Origin: Leucoraja erinacea
Lineage: Eukaryota
Direction of reading: 5' to 3'
DNA length: 46,577 bases
Assembly (NCBI RefSeq): GCF_028641065.1
Contig: NW_026575474.1
Span: 1-46,577 of the forward strand
Of this stretch, positions 23,001 through 35,156 are shown in pieces. A model generated the notes under the pieces. It saw only the letters and a program-made list of their open reading frames with translations, was not told the origin of the DNA and searched no databases. Numbering within the stretch: position 1 is the stretch's first letter; the number at the start of each line of letters is the position of its first letter. The translations under genes were made by a program, and so were the position numbers.

Positions 23001-23725
23001 TTCCAATTTGAGTCCCTCCCCCCAACCATACTAGTTTAAATTCTCCCCAGTAGCCTTTGCAAATCTCCTCGCCAGGATATTGGTCCCCCTCGAGTTCAAG
23101 AAAGCAACCCGTCCATTCTGTACAGGTCGCACCTTCCACAAAAGAAGTCCCAATGATCCAGAAACTTGAATCCACACCCACTGCACCAGTCCTTCAGCCA
23201 CGCATTTATTCTCCACCTTGCTCCATTCCTACTCTCACTGTCGCGTGTCACAGGCAGTAATCCTGAGATTGTTACCTTTGCAGACCTTCTCCTTAACTCT
23301 CTACCTAACTCCCTAAATTCTTCTTTCAGGACCTCTTCTCTTTTTTTACCTATGTCGTTGGTACCTATACGTACCACAACCTCAGGCTCCTCTCCCTCCC
23401 ATTTCAGGATTTCTTGGACCCGTTCAGACACATCCCTGACCCTGTCACCAGGGAGGCAAACTACCATACGGGTCTCCTGTCTGCGTCCACCGAATCGCCT
23501 ATCCGATCCCCTGACTATTGAGTCCCCTATTACAATTGCCCTCCTCTTATTTTCCTTACCATTCTGAGCAACAGGACCGGTCTTTGTGCCAGAGGCCCGG
23601 CCGCTGTCGCTGCCCCCAGGTAGGCTGTCTCCCCCACCCTTACTCAAACATGATTACTTATTTTCAAGGTGTACAGCCACCGGGGTACTCACCAGTCCCT
23701 GCCTCTGCCCGTTGCCCTTCCTAAC
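20008..23725 (-). mobile_element. Near full-length CR1 LINE: 3' part (ORF1 SGNH esterase, ORF2 APE endonuclease and RT)
   Basis: AIVIGDSIVRG...VCLPG...IGTND esterase (23096-23647), VVAISETWL and VGDFNFPHIDW endonuclease, YMDFSKAFDKVPH and [12 protein letters not shown]; (ATATGGTT)-type tail near 20010. Confidence 0.95.
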
Positions 23726-26357
23726 ACTAAGGGGCAGAAAACAATGGTGGGGGTTGTGTACAGGCCGCCTAACAGTAGTAGTGAAGTTGGAGATGGTATC
23801 AAACAGAAAATGAGAAATGCGTGCGACAAAGGCAAAACAGTTATAATGGGTGACTTCAATCTACATATAGATTGGGTGAATCAAATTGGCAGGTGTGCTG
23901 AGGAAGAGGATTTCTTGGAATGTATGCGGGATAGTTATCTAAATCAACATGTAGAGGAACCAACGAGAGAGCAGGCTATTTTAGTCTGGGTATTGAAAAA
24001 TGAGGATGGGTTAGTTAGCAATCTTGTTGTACGTGCCCCCTTGGGCAAGAGTGACCATAATATGGTTGAGTTCTTCATTAGGATGGAGAGTGACATTGTT
24101 AATTCAGGAACAATGGTTCTGAACTTAAAGAAAGGTAACTTTGAGGGTATGAGACGTGAATTGGCCAAGACTGACTGGCAATTAATTCAAAAAGGGTTGG
24201 CGGTGGGTATGCAATGGAAGACATTTAAAGGGTGCAAGGATGAACTACAAAAATTGTTCATACCAGTTTGGCAAAAGAATAAATCAGGGAAGGTAGTACA
24301 TCCGTGGATAACAAGTGAAATCAGGGATAGTATCAAAGCGAAGGATGATGCGTACAAATTAGCCAGAAAAAGCAGCATACCGGAGGACTGGGAGAAATTC
24401 AAAGACCAGCAGAGGAGGACAAAGGACTTAATTAGGAAAGGGAAAATAGATTATGAAAGAAAACTGGCAGGGGACATAAAACTGACTGCAAAAGTTTTTA
24501 TAGATATGTGAAAAGAAAGAGATTAGTTAAAACAAATGTAGGTCCCTTGCAGTCAGAAACAGGTGAGTTGATCATGGGGGACAAGGATATGGCGGACCAA
24601 TTGAATAACTACTTTGGTTCCGTCTTCACTAAGGAAGACATAAATAATTTGCCGGAACTAGCAGGGGACCGCGGGTCATAGGAGTTGGAGGAATTGAGTG
24701 AAATCCAGGTTAGCCGAGAAGTGGTGTTGTGTAAATTGAATGGATTAAAGGCCGGTAAATCCCCAGGGCCAGATAGGCTGCATCCCAGAGTACTTAAGGA
24801 AGTAGCTCCAGAAATGGTGGGTGCATTAGTAATAATCTTTCAAAACTCTTTAGATTCTGGAGTAGTTCCTGAAGATTGGCGGGTAGCAAACGTAACCCCA
24901 CTTTTTAAGAAGCGAGGGAGAGAGAAAATGGGGAATTACAGACCAATTAGTCTTACATCGGTAGTGGGGAAACTGCTAGAGTCAGTTATTAAAGATGGGA
25001 TAGCAGCACATTTGGAAAGTGGGGAAATCATTGGACAAAGTCAGCATGGATTTACGAAAGGTAAATCTTGTCTGACGAATCTTATAGAATTTTTCGAGGA
25101 TGTAACTAGTAGCGTGGATAGGGGAGAACCAGTGGATGTGATGTATCTGGACTTCCAGAAGGCATTCGACAAGGTCCCACATAAGAGATTAGTATACAAA
25201 CTTAAAGCACAAGGCATTGGGGGTTCAGTATTGATGTGGATAGAGAACTGGCTGGCAAACAGGAAGCAAAAAGTAGGATTAAACGGGTCCTTTTCACAAT
25301 GGCAGGCAGTGACTAGTGGGGTACCACAAGGCTCAGTTCTGGGACCCCAGCTATTTACAATATATATTAATGATCTGGATGAGGGAATTGAAGGCAATAT
25401 CTCCAAGCTTGCGGATGACACTAAGCTGGGGGGCAGTGTTAGCTGTGAGGAGGATGCTAGGAGACTGCAAGGTGACTTGGATAGGCTGGTTGAGTGGGCA
25501 AATGTTTGGCAGATGCAGTATAATGTGGATACATGTGAGGTTATCCATTTTGGTGGCAAAAACGGGAAAGCAGACTATTATCTAAATGGTGGCAGATTGG
25601 GAAAGGGGGAGATGCAGCGAGACCTAGGTGTCATGGTACACCGGTCATTGAAGGTAGGCATGCAGGTGCAGAAGGCAGTAAAGAAAGCGAATGGTATGTT
25701 AGCTTTAATTGCAAAAGTATTTGAGTATAGGGGCAGGGAGGTACTACTGCAGTTGTACAGGGTCTTGGTGAGACCACACCTGGAGTATTGCGTACAGTTT
25801 TGGTCATCAAAACTGTACGCAAGGAAGGGCATTATTGCCCTAGAGGGAGTGCAGAGACGGCTCACCAGACTGATTCCTGGGACGGCAGGACTGTCTTATG
25901 AAGAAAGACTGGATAGACTTGGTTTATACTCTCTAGAATGTAGAAGATTGAGAGGGGATCTTATAGAAACTTACAAAATTCTTAAGGGGTTGGACAGGCT
26001 AGATGCAGGAAGATTTTTCCCGATGTTAGGGAAGTCCAGGACAAGGGGTCACAGCTTAAGGATAAGGGGGAAATCCTTTAAAACCGAGATGAGAAGAACT
26101 TTTTTCACACAGAGAGTGGTGAATCTCTGGAACTCTCTGCCACAGAGGGTAGTTGAGCCAGTTCATTGGCTATATTTAAGAGTGAGTTAGATGTAGCCCT
26201 TGTGGCTAAGGGGATCAGGGGGTATGGAGGGAAGGCAGGTACGGTATACTGAGTTGGATGATCAGCCATGATCATATTGAATGGCGGTGCAGGCTCGAAG
26301 GGTGGAATGGCCTACTCCTGCACCTAATTTCGATGTTTCTATGTTTCTATGTTTCTA
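23726..26357 (+). mobile_element. Younger CR1 LINE (5'-truncated ORF2) nested in ORF1 of the minus-strand CR1
   Basis: ORFs 23669-24511 and 24685-26190 (501 aa, RT with LADDTK); (TTTCTATG)n tail 26333-26357; CTAAC duplicated at 23721-23725 and 26355-26359. Confidence 0.95.
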
Positions 26358-26745
26358 ACTGTGACACAGTTTTCTGTCTCCCGTGGTCTTGGAGTGACCA
26401 CCTCCCTGTAACTCCTTTCGATGACCTCCTCGATCTCCATGAGCAGACAGAGATCATCGAGTTGCTGTTCCAGGTTCCTAACACGGTCCCTTAGGAGCCT
26501 CATCTCGACGCACCTGGCGCAGATGTGAACGTCTGGAGGGCACTCAGACTCCATGACCTCCGACATCTGACATCCAGAACAGTAAACTGCCCTGGCCCTC
26601 ATTCTCCCCCTTACCCTGGATACAATACAAAGCCTTACCCGGGATACAAGCCAATCAGCTTCTTCCTCTGGTCCTCTTCCGCCAATCAGAGGCTTCCATC
26701 AGACTCATTCTCTGGAAGTGAGATGGGACGTTGCAGGTTTGGGTA
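26355..26745 (-). mobile_element. 5' part of the interrupted CR1: ORF1 N-terminal zinc finger/leucine zipper and 5'UTR
   Basis: MRARAVYCSGCQM...HICARCVEMRLLRDRVRNLEQQLDDL. Removing the nested insert rejoins ...VTVR-KGN. Confidence 0.9.
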
Positions 26746-26956
26746 ACTCACAGCTCCAGGTAACTCCTCCTCGCACCAACGACTCACCGGGCCTCTGTAA
26801 ACGCAAGCCCCGCACTGTTTTTATACTCACAGCTCCAGGTAACTCCACCTCGCACAAACGGCTCCCCGGGCCTCTGTAGAAGCAAGTCCCGCGCTGTTTT
26901 GTATACTCACAGCTCCAGGTAACTCCTCCTCGCACCAACGGCTCCCCGGGCCTCTC
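26746..26956. repeat. 79-80 bp tandem repeat, ~2.6 copies
   Basis: ACTCACAGCTCCAGGTAACTCC starts at 26746, 26825 and 26905. Confidence 0.9.
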
Positions 26957-26959
26957 CCA

Positions 26960-27442
26960 CAACAGTGGTTTGGTCAGCGAACTAGATGATGGAGTTCGCA
27001 CTGTGACCGGCTACGCAGTCATGAGTATAGAGTGAGTACAGCAAGGGGGCTGAGCACGCAGCCTTGAGGTGCTCCCGTGCTGATTGTTATCGAGGCTGAC
27101 ACATTTCCACCAATACGAACAGACTGTGGTCTGTGAATGAGGAAGTCGAGGATCCAATTGCAGAGGGATGCGCAGAGACCCAGTTCTGCGAGTTTGGTAA
27201 CCAGCTTGGAGGGGATGATTGTGTTAAATGCCGAGCTGTAATCGATGAATAACAGCCTGACATATAAGTTTGTGTTGTCCAATTGGTCCAGAGCGGAGTG
27301 CAGGGCCAACGAGATCGCATCCACCGTTGATCTGTTGTGGCGGTAAGCGAACTGCAGTGGGTCCAGGTTTGTGTCGAGGTAGGAGTTGATTTGCTCCATG
27401 ATCAGCCTCTCAAAGCACTTCATCACCACCGGCGTTAATGCC
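26960..27442 (-). mobile_element. Rex1/Babar LINE RT fragment
   Basis: [14 protein letters not shown]...[14 protein letters not shown]...[15 protein letters not shown]...[12 protein letters not shown]...YTHDCVA. Confidence 0.9.
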
Positions 27443-27445
27443 ACA

Positions 27446-27659
27446 GAAAATGAAGGCGTTGTGGCCAAGTTTGTGGATGGATGATAGGACAATAGGTGGA
27501 GGGGCCAGGTATAATAGAGAAAGAAGGAACTCAGCAAAAGGCACCGCACAGATTGGGTGAGTGGGCAGAGAAATGGCAGATGGAATATACTGGTGCAAAG
27601 TGTAGAGTCATGCATTTTGGGGTAGGATAAAGGCAGAGACTATTTTCCAAATGTGGAGA
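27446..27659 (+). mobile_element. Old CR1 RT fragment interrupted by the ERV LTR
   Basis: gccaagtttgtggat...gagtgggcagagaaatggcagatggaata...tgcattttgg corresponds to the KFADD and EWAxxWQM region. Confidence 0.7.
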
Positions 27660-28147
27660 TGTTACAAGGGAACACGTTCAAGTATCTGACTAGTAGAAAA
27701 CAAAAAAACACACTCGGCCCCTAAGTTACAAACAATGTTTATTGGCACGAAATAGAACACACACAAAACTAGTCTCCGTTTGCGCGGGGTCCGGATTACA
27801 GCAGTACACATCCCCCCTCTCTGCCTCCGTCCGCGGCGCTGATCACAACCCAGCCCGCCAATGACCCCTCCCGTCAATAACGAGTCGTGGCAGACGGCGC
27901 ACACGGTATAATATACACAGCGCTATCAGCTGCAGACTTGGTGAGTAAAGGTTCAAACAGAGCGTTGTCAGCTCTGCGCGTGCGGTTTTAAACGAAGAGC
28001 TACCGGCTGCAGCGCTATAGTTCTAAACTTAGAGTAACCCGCTACAGCGCTATGTGCTTTAAGCGTAGCGCTGTGGGCTTTACACGTAGCGCTATGGCCA
28101 CAGCGCTATTGGGTCACAGACTGTTTGGGCAAAATTCTCGTATAACA
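27660..28147 (-). mobile_element. Endogenous retrovirus 3' LTR (488 bp)
   Basis: TGTTA...TAACA inverted termini. Immediately preceded on the minus strand by the purine tract AAGAGGGGAAA. TATA-like sequence at ~27906-27914, then AATAAA at 27743-27738, in U3-R-U5 order. Confidence 0.85.
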
Positions 28148-28158
28148 TTTCCCCTCTT
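28148..28158 (-). promoter_or_regulatory. Retroviral polypurine tract (PPT)
   Basis: AAGAGGGGAAA abutting the LTR TG. Confidence 0.8.
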
Positions 28159-28159
28159 G

Positions 28160-29327
28160 AACGAACCCCAGTCTGGTTACCGTCACACCCGGCCCGCAGG
28201 CGTTTTCTCGTTACATTCAGCCCAATGGTCAGTCCCCAATGCACAACTTGTCTATCAGCGTCCAACCATCCCGAAACGCCACTACTCCACTGTTTCCTGG
28301 ATATGGGCAACAAGGTTGGTGATTTTCTCTGAATCGGCGCTCCCGCCCGATCAAAGCACGTGCCCCCTTTCTCAGCCAGGGTGAAATCTAGGGCCATGCG
28401 GTTCTGTCGGGCTACGGTGCGAATACTCCCGTTGATAGTTCTGCGATGGCCTCTTTAACCCACTCATGGCGTTTGCCGTCTCGTTGGCTATTTATTCAAT
28501 GGCTGAAGCCATGTTAATTATTTCCCGTGTCAGCTTCGCAGTACCATAGGAGGAAATGCAATAGCCCAGAACCACTCGGCCTCCGTAATAGCCCGTTACA
28601 CATGTCATTGCCGGGGGTATGTGGGTAAGGATGGCAAGTGTCTCAGGTGGGTGCCACATATGCCAGGTGACAACAGCCCGCCCAGGGCATTGGTCTCTCC
28701 CATGTCCCGAAGTGCACCCCGGGCATTCCCGGGAGCCAGGAGTAGGCCCACAGGCCACACACCCAGTAGATTCCATTAACGGGGTGTGGGGGAGCCGCCC
28801 TGGTGTATGTCGTACAGGTACTGTTACCCAGGGAAGGGCCCGGCCCTTCAAAGTTACAATGGCAAGGACTATTATTGGACTCGTCGGCCCCAGTTAGGCG
28901 TAATCTCGAATGTGGTTAAATGGCGGAATGTACCACCCGTCAATGCAGTGACACTGGCAATCAAGGGTGGTTTGGTGGCAGTTCGTAGCCGCACCACTCC
29001 TGGTCTCGCTACAAAAATACCAGGCGGACAATTGTTCGCTTTCATTTAAGGGGACTGCCCACAATGGGATGTCCCCACTGTGGTACTGGATGCGTGTACA
29101 CACCCAGCACGCTGAGACAGTGACCCGTTGGCGAATTTATAGCTGAGGGTGAGAAACGAATTTGGAACAGGAGATTCATGAATGTAGGCCGAGGTGTCCG
29201 CATTCCCCCCGAACACCACAAGCAGGCAAGCAACAGTAAACCAATAATAATTCACCCATGTCCTTCCCGACAATCACAGCGCCCAATACAATAGTGATGG
29301 AGCCGATGTCCTTGGGTCCAAGGTACT
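28160..29327 (-). pseudogene. env: Endogenous retrovirus gamma-type envelope gene, degenerate
   Basis: Signal-like WVNYYWFTVACLLVVFGG (~29200-29260); CWVC (CxxC) at 29109-29098 followed by IPLWAVPLN; fusion-peptide-like AITEAEWFWAIAFP (~28550-28593); heptad TREIINMASAIE; immunosuppressive domain QNRMALDFTLAEKGGTC at 28406-28356. Multiple stops and frameshifts. Confidence 0.88.
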
Positions 29328-30082
29328 TGGGGGGGAAGTGAGGGGTGACAGTGAATGAGGGACAGTGAGGGGGACAGTGGGGGGACAGGATGGCCCGATT
29401 AGAGCAAAGGGCAGGTTGGCAGGTTTGGGGAACCCTGGCCGATGAGCAATTATATTGAGGTTCTGGAAAAGAAAAAGATGGCACCCTACAGGTTTAGGTA
29501 GTCGAGATGAAATTAATCACTCGCCGAGAAGCGTGGGAGTAAATCTAAGTGGGAAATCCCGAGGGCATAAGGAAAGTATTAGATGGATCTGGCAGTCCAG
29601 GTAAAGGAACATTCCAAGAGATTCCACAGGTATATTGAGTGTAAAATGGTGCCCAACGTGTGAAAAGGTCCCTTTAAAGATCAGTGTGGCTATTTCTGTG
29701 TGGAGGCAAATATATGTGAGATTGTAAATAAATATCTCATCAGTTTTTACTGTATAAAATCATGGAAGCTGAGGAATTAAGACAAATGGGCTGTGATGTA
29801 TTGGGCCATACACACATTTCCAAAGAGGATGTCTTGGTGGTCCTAAAGCACATTAGAGTAGCTCAAACCCCAGGGCCTGACCAGGCGGGAATATTTAAAA
29901 ACCGGCAGTTGGAGGTGAGAGTCAACGTGAGGCTTGAACAGCGATTAAAAGGAGGGCAGGCTCAATCGGAGCAGCCATTTTGGGGTGCTGCTGTAGATCA
30001 AAGTGTGGTTTTTGCTCAGTTTCTCGGAGGTGGCCAAGCAGCACACAGGCTAGGGCAAGGATGGTCACTTCTCATTTCCATC

Positions 30083-33010
30083 AGAAAGATACAATAAGGT
30101 GGAGTAACTCAGCGGGCTCAGACAGCATCTCTGGAGAAAAGGTATAGGTCAAATTTCCGGTCGAGACCCTTCTCCAGACTGAGCGTCAGGAAAAAGGGAA
30201 ACAAGATATAGACACGGTGATATAGGGAAATATAAATCAAATGAATGAAATATATGCAAAAAAGTAGCAACAATATTAGACAGGCCTTTGTTAGCTGAAG
30301 GGCCAAGTGAAAATGAGTTGCAGACAATGAAACTCACCATCGCGACACTGAACCTAGTTCAACAACTAGGGTGGGAGAGGGACGGAGAGAGAGAGAGCGG
30401 TTGCAAGGGTTACTTGAAGTTACGAAAATCAATATTCATACCGTTGGGTTGCAAACTGCCCAAGGAAAATAAGAAGTGCTGTTCCTCCTCCAATTTGCGT
30501 TTGGCCTCACTCTGACAATGGAAAACCCCAGGACAACAAGCTAAATGTGGAATGGGAAGGGGAATTAAAGTGTTTGGCAACCGGAAGATCAGGTAGGACC
30601 AGGCCGACTGAGCGAAGGTGTACAGCGAAACGATCACTCATTTTATGTTTGATCTCACCGACGAATTAGAGTCGACACCATGAACAATGGATACAGTAGA
30701 TGGTTGGAGGAGATGCAAGTGAACGTCTGCCGAACCTGAAGGGTCCATCAAGGTCCCAGGACAGTCGCAGGATGAGGCATTATGGACAGGTGTTACATCT
30801 CCTGCGGTTGCTGATGAAGGTACCTGGGGAGGAGGTGGTTTGGGTGGGAAGGGATAAGTTAATCGGAGGGAACGGTCTCTGCGGATGGTGGAAAGGAGTG
30901 GAGATGGGAAATTGTGACTTGTGGTGGGATCCCGTTGGATTCATGTAAAGATCAGTTGATCAAAGTGCAGGATCAGCATGTTCCAGTACGGAGGAGCGAC
31001 AAGGTTGGCAAAATATTGCAACTGTGGGTGTATACTTGGTCAGGAATCAAATTTGGAAAATACAAATATGGCAAGACAGCTTGAGCGAGAAAGAGGTCGT
31101 GCTGAGGTTGTTGAAAAACATTAAAGTCAGGGCCGGATTTATTATTAAGCTATTTCAAATGTGAACCCCTTCCCCACCACCCCCCCCCCCCCCCACTCCC
31201 AGTCCCCCACCCCCACGACTAGAGGACCCATGACTACCCGACAGTGACAGTGTGACACTTTTAGATCCTACTGTATGTTGTCATTAAATAGTTGGTTTTA
31301 AAATACAAATTGGATTCACCGTGGAGCGGGCGACAACTTACGTGTATCGCCATTTGAAGTTCTGGAGTGGTGGGCCTGCTGCTTCAACATCTTGGAGCTG
31401 TGGTTTGCGGAGCTCCCAGCCTCAGGCTGCGCTGATTTAAACATTGTGAAACCCTGGGATCCCTTTGCCGAGAGCCGCCAGCGTGAATCTCCGCCCTGCT
31501 CAGCCTGTGGAATTTGGGTGGTGCGGGAGGGAAGGGAAGAATTGACCAGATAATTGTGGAGGGAGCGGTCTTTGCAGAAAGCGGACAACGGGGGAGGGAG
31601 GGGGGGAGGTGAGAGATCCGAAGATGTGGCGAGTGATGGGGTCACGTTGGAGGTGGCGAAAATGACAGAGGCCAATTTGTTGTACGTGACGGCTAGTGGG
31701 GTGAAAGGTGAGGGCTAGGGGGACTCTGCCCCTTGTGACGTGTGTGGGGGGGAGGGGACAGAGAGCAGTGTTACGGGGTATGGAAGAGACCCTGGCGAGA
31801 GCCTCATCTATAGAAGGGGAGTGGAACCCCCGTACCTTGAAGAAGGACGACATTTCCGATGCCCTGATGTGAAACACATCATCTTGGGAGCAGATGCGGC
31901 GCAGACGGACGAATTGGGAGAGTATCAGTGGACGGGTATATGTTGATTCTCCGGTCGAGGAAGAACCGGAGGGCTTTGAGACTATCCTGGTGGGGGATGG
32001 AGGTGTAGAGTGACTGGACGTCCATGGTGAAGATGAGGGGATAGGGGCCTAGAGAATGGAATGCCCGGAGACGACGGAGAGTGTCTGAGGTGTCTTGAAA
32101 ATAGGTAGGGAGTGATTTAACCCAGGGGGATAGGATGGAGTCAAGGTATGTGGAGATGTTGTCGGTAGGGCACGAATAGGCCGAGTCAATGGGTCTAGCA
32201 GGACAGTCAGTTTTGTGGATTATGGGGAGAAGACGGTAAAATCGGGCCGTGCGAGGCCGGGTAACGATGAGGCTGGAGGGCGGTGGGGGGGCAGCAGTGG
32301 ACGAAGTCAGTGATGGTGCTGGAGATAGTGGCCTGGAAGTACGCTGTGAGGTGGAGGCGACGGTAGAAGAGGCTCCAAGTCGAGGTGGGGCGCGGAACTC
32401 ATTGAGGTGGGGGCGGAGGGGGACAAAGGTAAGACCGCTGCTGGGGACAGACCAATCGGTGTCAGAGAGGTGGAGGTCAGGGGGGAGATGGTGAACACAC
32501 GGCAAGGATGGGGTTGGGGCCGGAGGAAGGCAGGTGGGTGGACTGGGGGACGATGGCGATGTGTGGGTGGGGGAGTGTGGGGGTAGGAGGGTATGAGGAC
32601 GTAATGCTGTAATGTGGGGGTGAAGGAAGCAGGTGGGGTCACGTAGCTTGAGGGGGATGGGGAAGACCCAGTGCAACAGCAACGGAGGTTACCAGTGTTA
32701 GGGGGACTTGCACAAAGACCCAGTGTAGTCAACCCCAGGGGTGTTGGAGTTAGCAACGTGGAGGCTTCATGCCCGGGGTGCTGTTGCCGAGACAGTAAGG
32801 TGCTGGTTGCAGTGGCGAAGGGTTGGACGGACCGAACGATGCTGGGAATCCCGCGGTGGAGTGGCGAGAGTGGGGTTGACGGACCCGATGGTGGGAGTCC
32901 GCGGGGAGTAGAGTTCGGGTCGGCGGGCGATGCGTGGGCGGTCCCGGTGGGCGGATGGTCGGTGGGGCGGCGCGGGTCGGCCAGCCCGGTGAGGCGACGC
33001 GGTGAGTAGG
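30083..33010 (-). mobile_element. Penelope-like element, duplicate copy
   Basis: ORF 31879-32682 includes LPIIHK...RPI...ISTYLDSILSP...IFTMDVQSLYTSIPH; same C-terminus at 30410-30530. Confidence 0.85.
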
Positions 33011-35156
33011 GCGCAGTGAGGCGGCAATGTTCGGACAGCCCGGTGCAGCCGCGATGTTAGGTAGGTCCGGTGCGGCGACAATGTTGTGTGGGCCCAGTGC
33101 GAGGTGGGTCGGCCAGGTGCGGATGCGAGGTGGATAGACCCCAGATGCGGCGGAGAGGCGAATGTTGTTCGTTTCTTTAAGAAATTAAACAAAATCCAGG
33201 GAACTGTAGTCTGGTGAACTACACGTCCGTGCTGGGGAAACAAATGGAGAGAACTCTCCGAGATAGGATGTACTCCTGTTCTACCCGAATATGGTATCAA
33301 CTGGCGCGTCGAATAAAATAATCCAAACCAATGATTAGTACAACTAAATCTTTATTTGCATCGATTTATTTAAGCATGCATGCAAACTGTTGACATCTAA
33401 GAGGTGCTCATTTATTTTATTATTTCAACATCATTTCTTAAACGAAATTACAAAACTCTTGACTTTGACTAGATATTACCCGTATGAATGATTTGGGAAT
33501 ATTCTCTCTGATGGTTGGGGGTAGTATTCTCCGATTTACAAGTTCAGGAACCTCGTTTTTACTACAGTGGTGCCCGGGTTGTCCCTGTCGATCTCTCGCT
33601 CGGACAGCCATTCTTTTCAATATTTTTTCCTACCATTTTCGAAAGAAGCCTTTGTTCTAACCCAAGGCTTTCATGACTATGAAGTAAATCATTTCAAGTT
33701 GTCACTCCTCCAACGGCTGAATAAACACATCATCTTAGTTCCCTATCAAGCTAGAGCAGCGTTTCTCAACCGCGGTTCCCCGGAGCGCTGGGGTTCAGCG
33801 AGAGGTCGCTACGGATTCCGATTGAAATAGTGATAGATAGGCTAATTGTATGTAAATGAATGTTAGCGTTATGTTTGTGTTTAATTTCATATTCGTAATT
33901 CTCCCGCTACAAAGGCCCCCCCATCTCCCCCCCCCCCTCTCTCATGCGCTTTCATCCCCTGCACTCTCCTCTGTGTGTCTGCTCTCCATCTCACACTGTT
34001 TCTGTCTTCCTGTCACCCCCTGTGAGTCGTTCCCCTCTTCCAATTCAGCATCACCCCTCTCTGGTTCTTCGCTCGCTCTTCTTTCTACCTCGCTCGTGTC
34101 CCTCGCTATCTCACTAGCCATTCCCTATCTCCGAATTATTTATTGCGCTCCTTCCTTTGCCCTCCTCTGTCACCCCATTAATCCGCATGATGTTTCGGCT
34201 CCTACTCCTCTCTCTTTCTATCGATCACATAGACCCATCTTGGCCGAGCAACTCACACTCTCCCTCCGCCCCCCCCCCCCCCCAGGGGGGGGATATACGA
34301 TGCGGAGAACATCTTTTCCATTTATAAACCGGCACAAAATCTTGATACATGTACATCTACAAAAAGTCACCAGGTTCGATCTTCGTGCCACATATTTATT
34401 GCTGGGACATGTCGGTCGCTGTTGGCAGGTTCGGCCGAAGGGCCGACAGACATCCGCAGACACTGTTGGACGGTTGGGCATGGCAGTGAAGGAGTGTGGA
34501 AGGTGAGTCGTTTCTAACTTTGGAAATAAACGGATAAAACATGACCTACTGTCTACTGAAGTGTCAGTGTCGGGTGGGTGAGGCCGATCTTAGGGTAGGG
34601 AGTCAATGACGCACAAAGACAGAGGGAGATTACAAGAGATGAACAACGCTCAGCATGGAGATTGGAAGGTGGTTCTTGGTGGAAGAGCACGCTCAGATGT
34701 AGGGGATTGAAGGATAATTCTGGGCATTTTATTTTCAGACGGACCTCGTTCAAGAAGCATATCGGGCCCGCGGAGGGAGATGGGACTATTGGTCGCGAGG
34801 CCGAATTTGCCCAAGACCTGTCCCCACTGCGGAGTAAAACCGCATAAAACGGTCCCAGAGTGGGGTTCACATCAGATGGGTTCCCATTGAAGATGAGAAT
34901 GGGGACGATTGGTACTAGGTCAGACTTTGCACCAGAGTAGTCTCCGCTATGCAGAGAGGATTTGTTCTTGGCCGGAGTTTACACCAGGCTGTGTACGGAG
35001 TCGGGTCGACTGGGCAAATGTGCAGTTCTCACTGTGAGGGGATTGAGGTCATGGAGCAGTGGCCTTCGATGTGATCATCCGCCCAGGAAAATCTGGGTGT
35101 GATTGTCAGGATCACGAGCACGGCCAGAGAGGCTGCATCCGCCTGCTGGGATGTTC

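Larger units (their letters stand above)
8585..29327 (+). repeat. Segmental tandem duplication, unit 1 (~20.7 kb)
   Basis: Sequence from 8585 (tgggggggaagtgaggggtgacagtg...) recurs from 29328 at an offset of 20743, and paired ORFs are collinear throughout. Confidence 0.95.

Noticed and set aside
24685-26190. 501-aa RT ORF as an active or domesticated gene
   Set aside because: 5'-truncated within the endonuclease, frameshifted near 24480 and 26160, and the catalytic motif reads LADD; an ordinary dead CR1 copy.
26746-26956. CRISPR-like repeat-spacer appearance (conserved 22-nt head every 80 bp)
   Set aside because: The intervening sequences are homologous to each other, the context is vertebrate, and there are no cas genes.
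28160-29327. Syncytin-like captured env
   Set aside because: In-frame stops, several frameshifts and no intact CX6CC.
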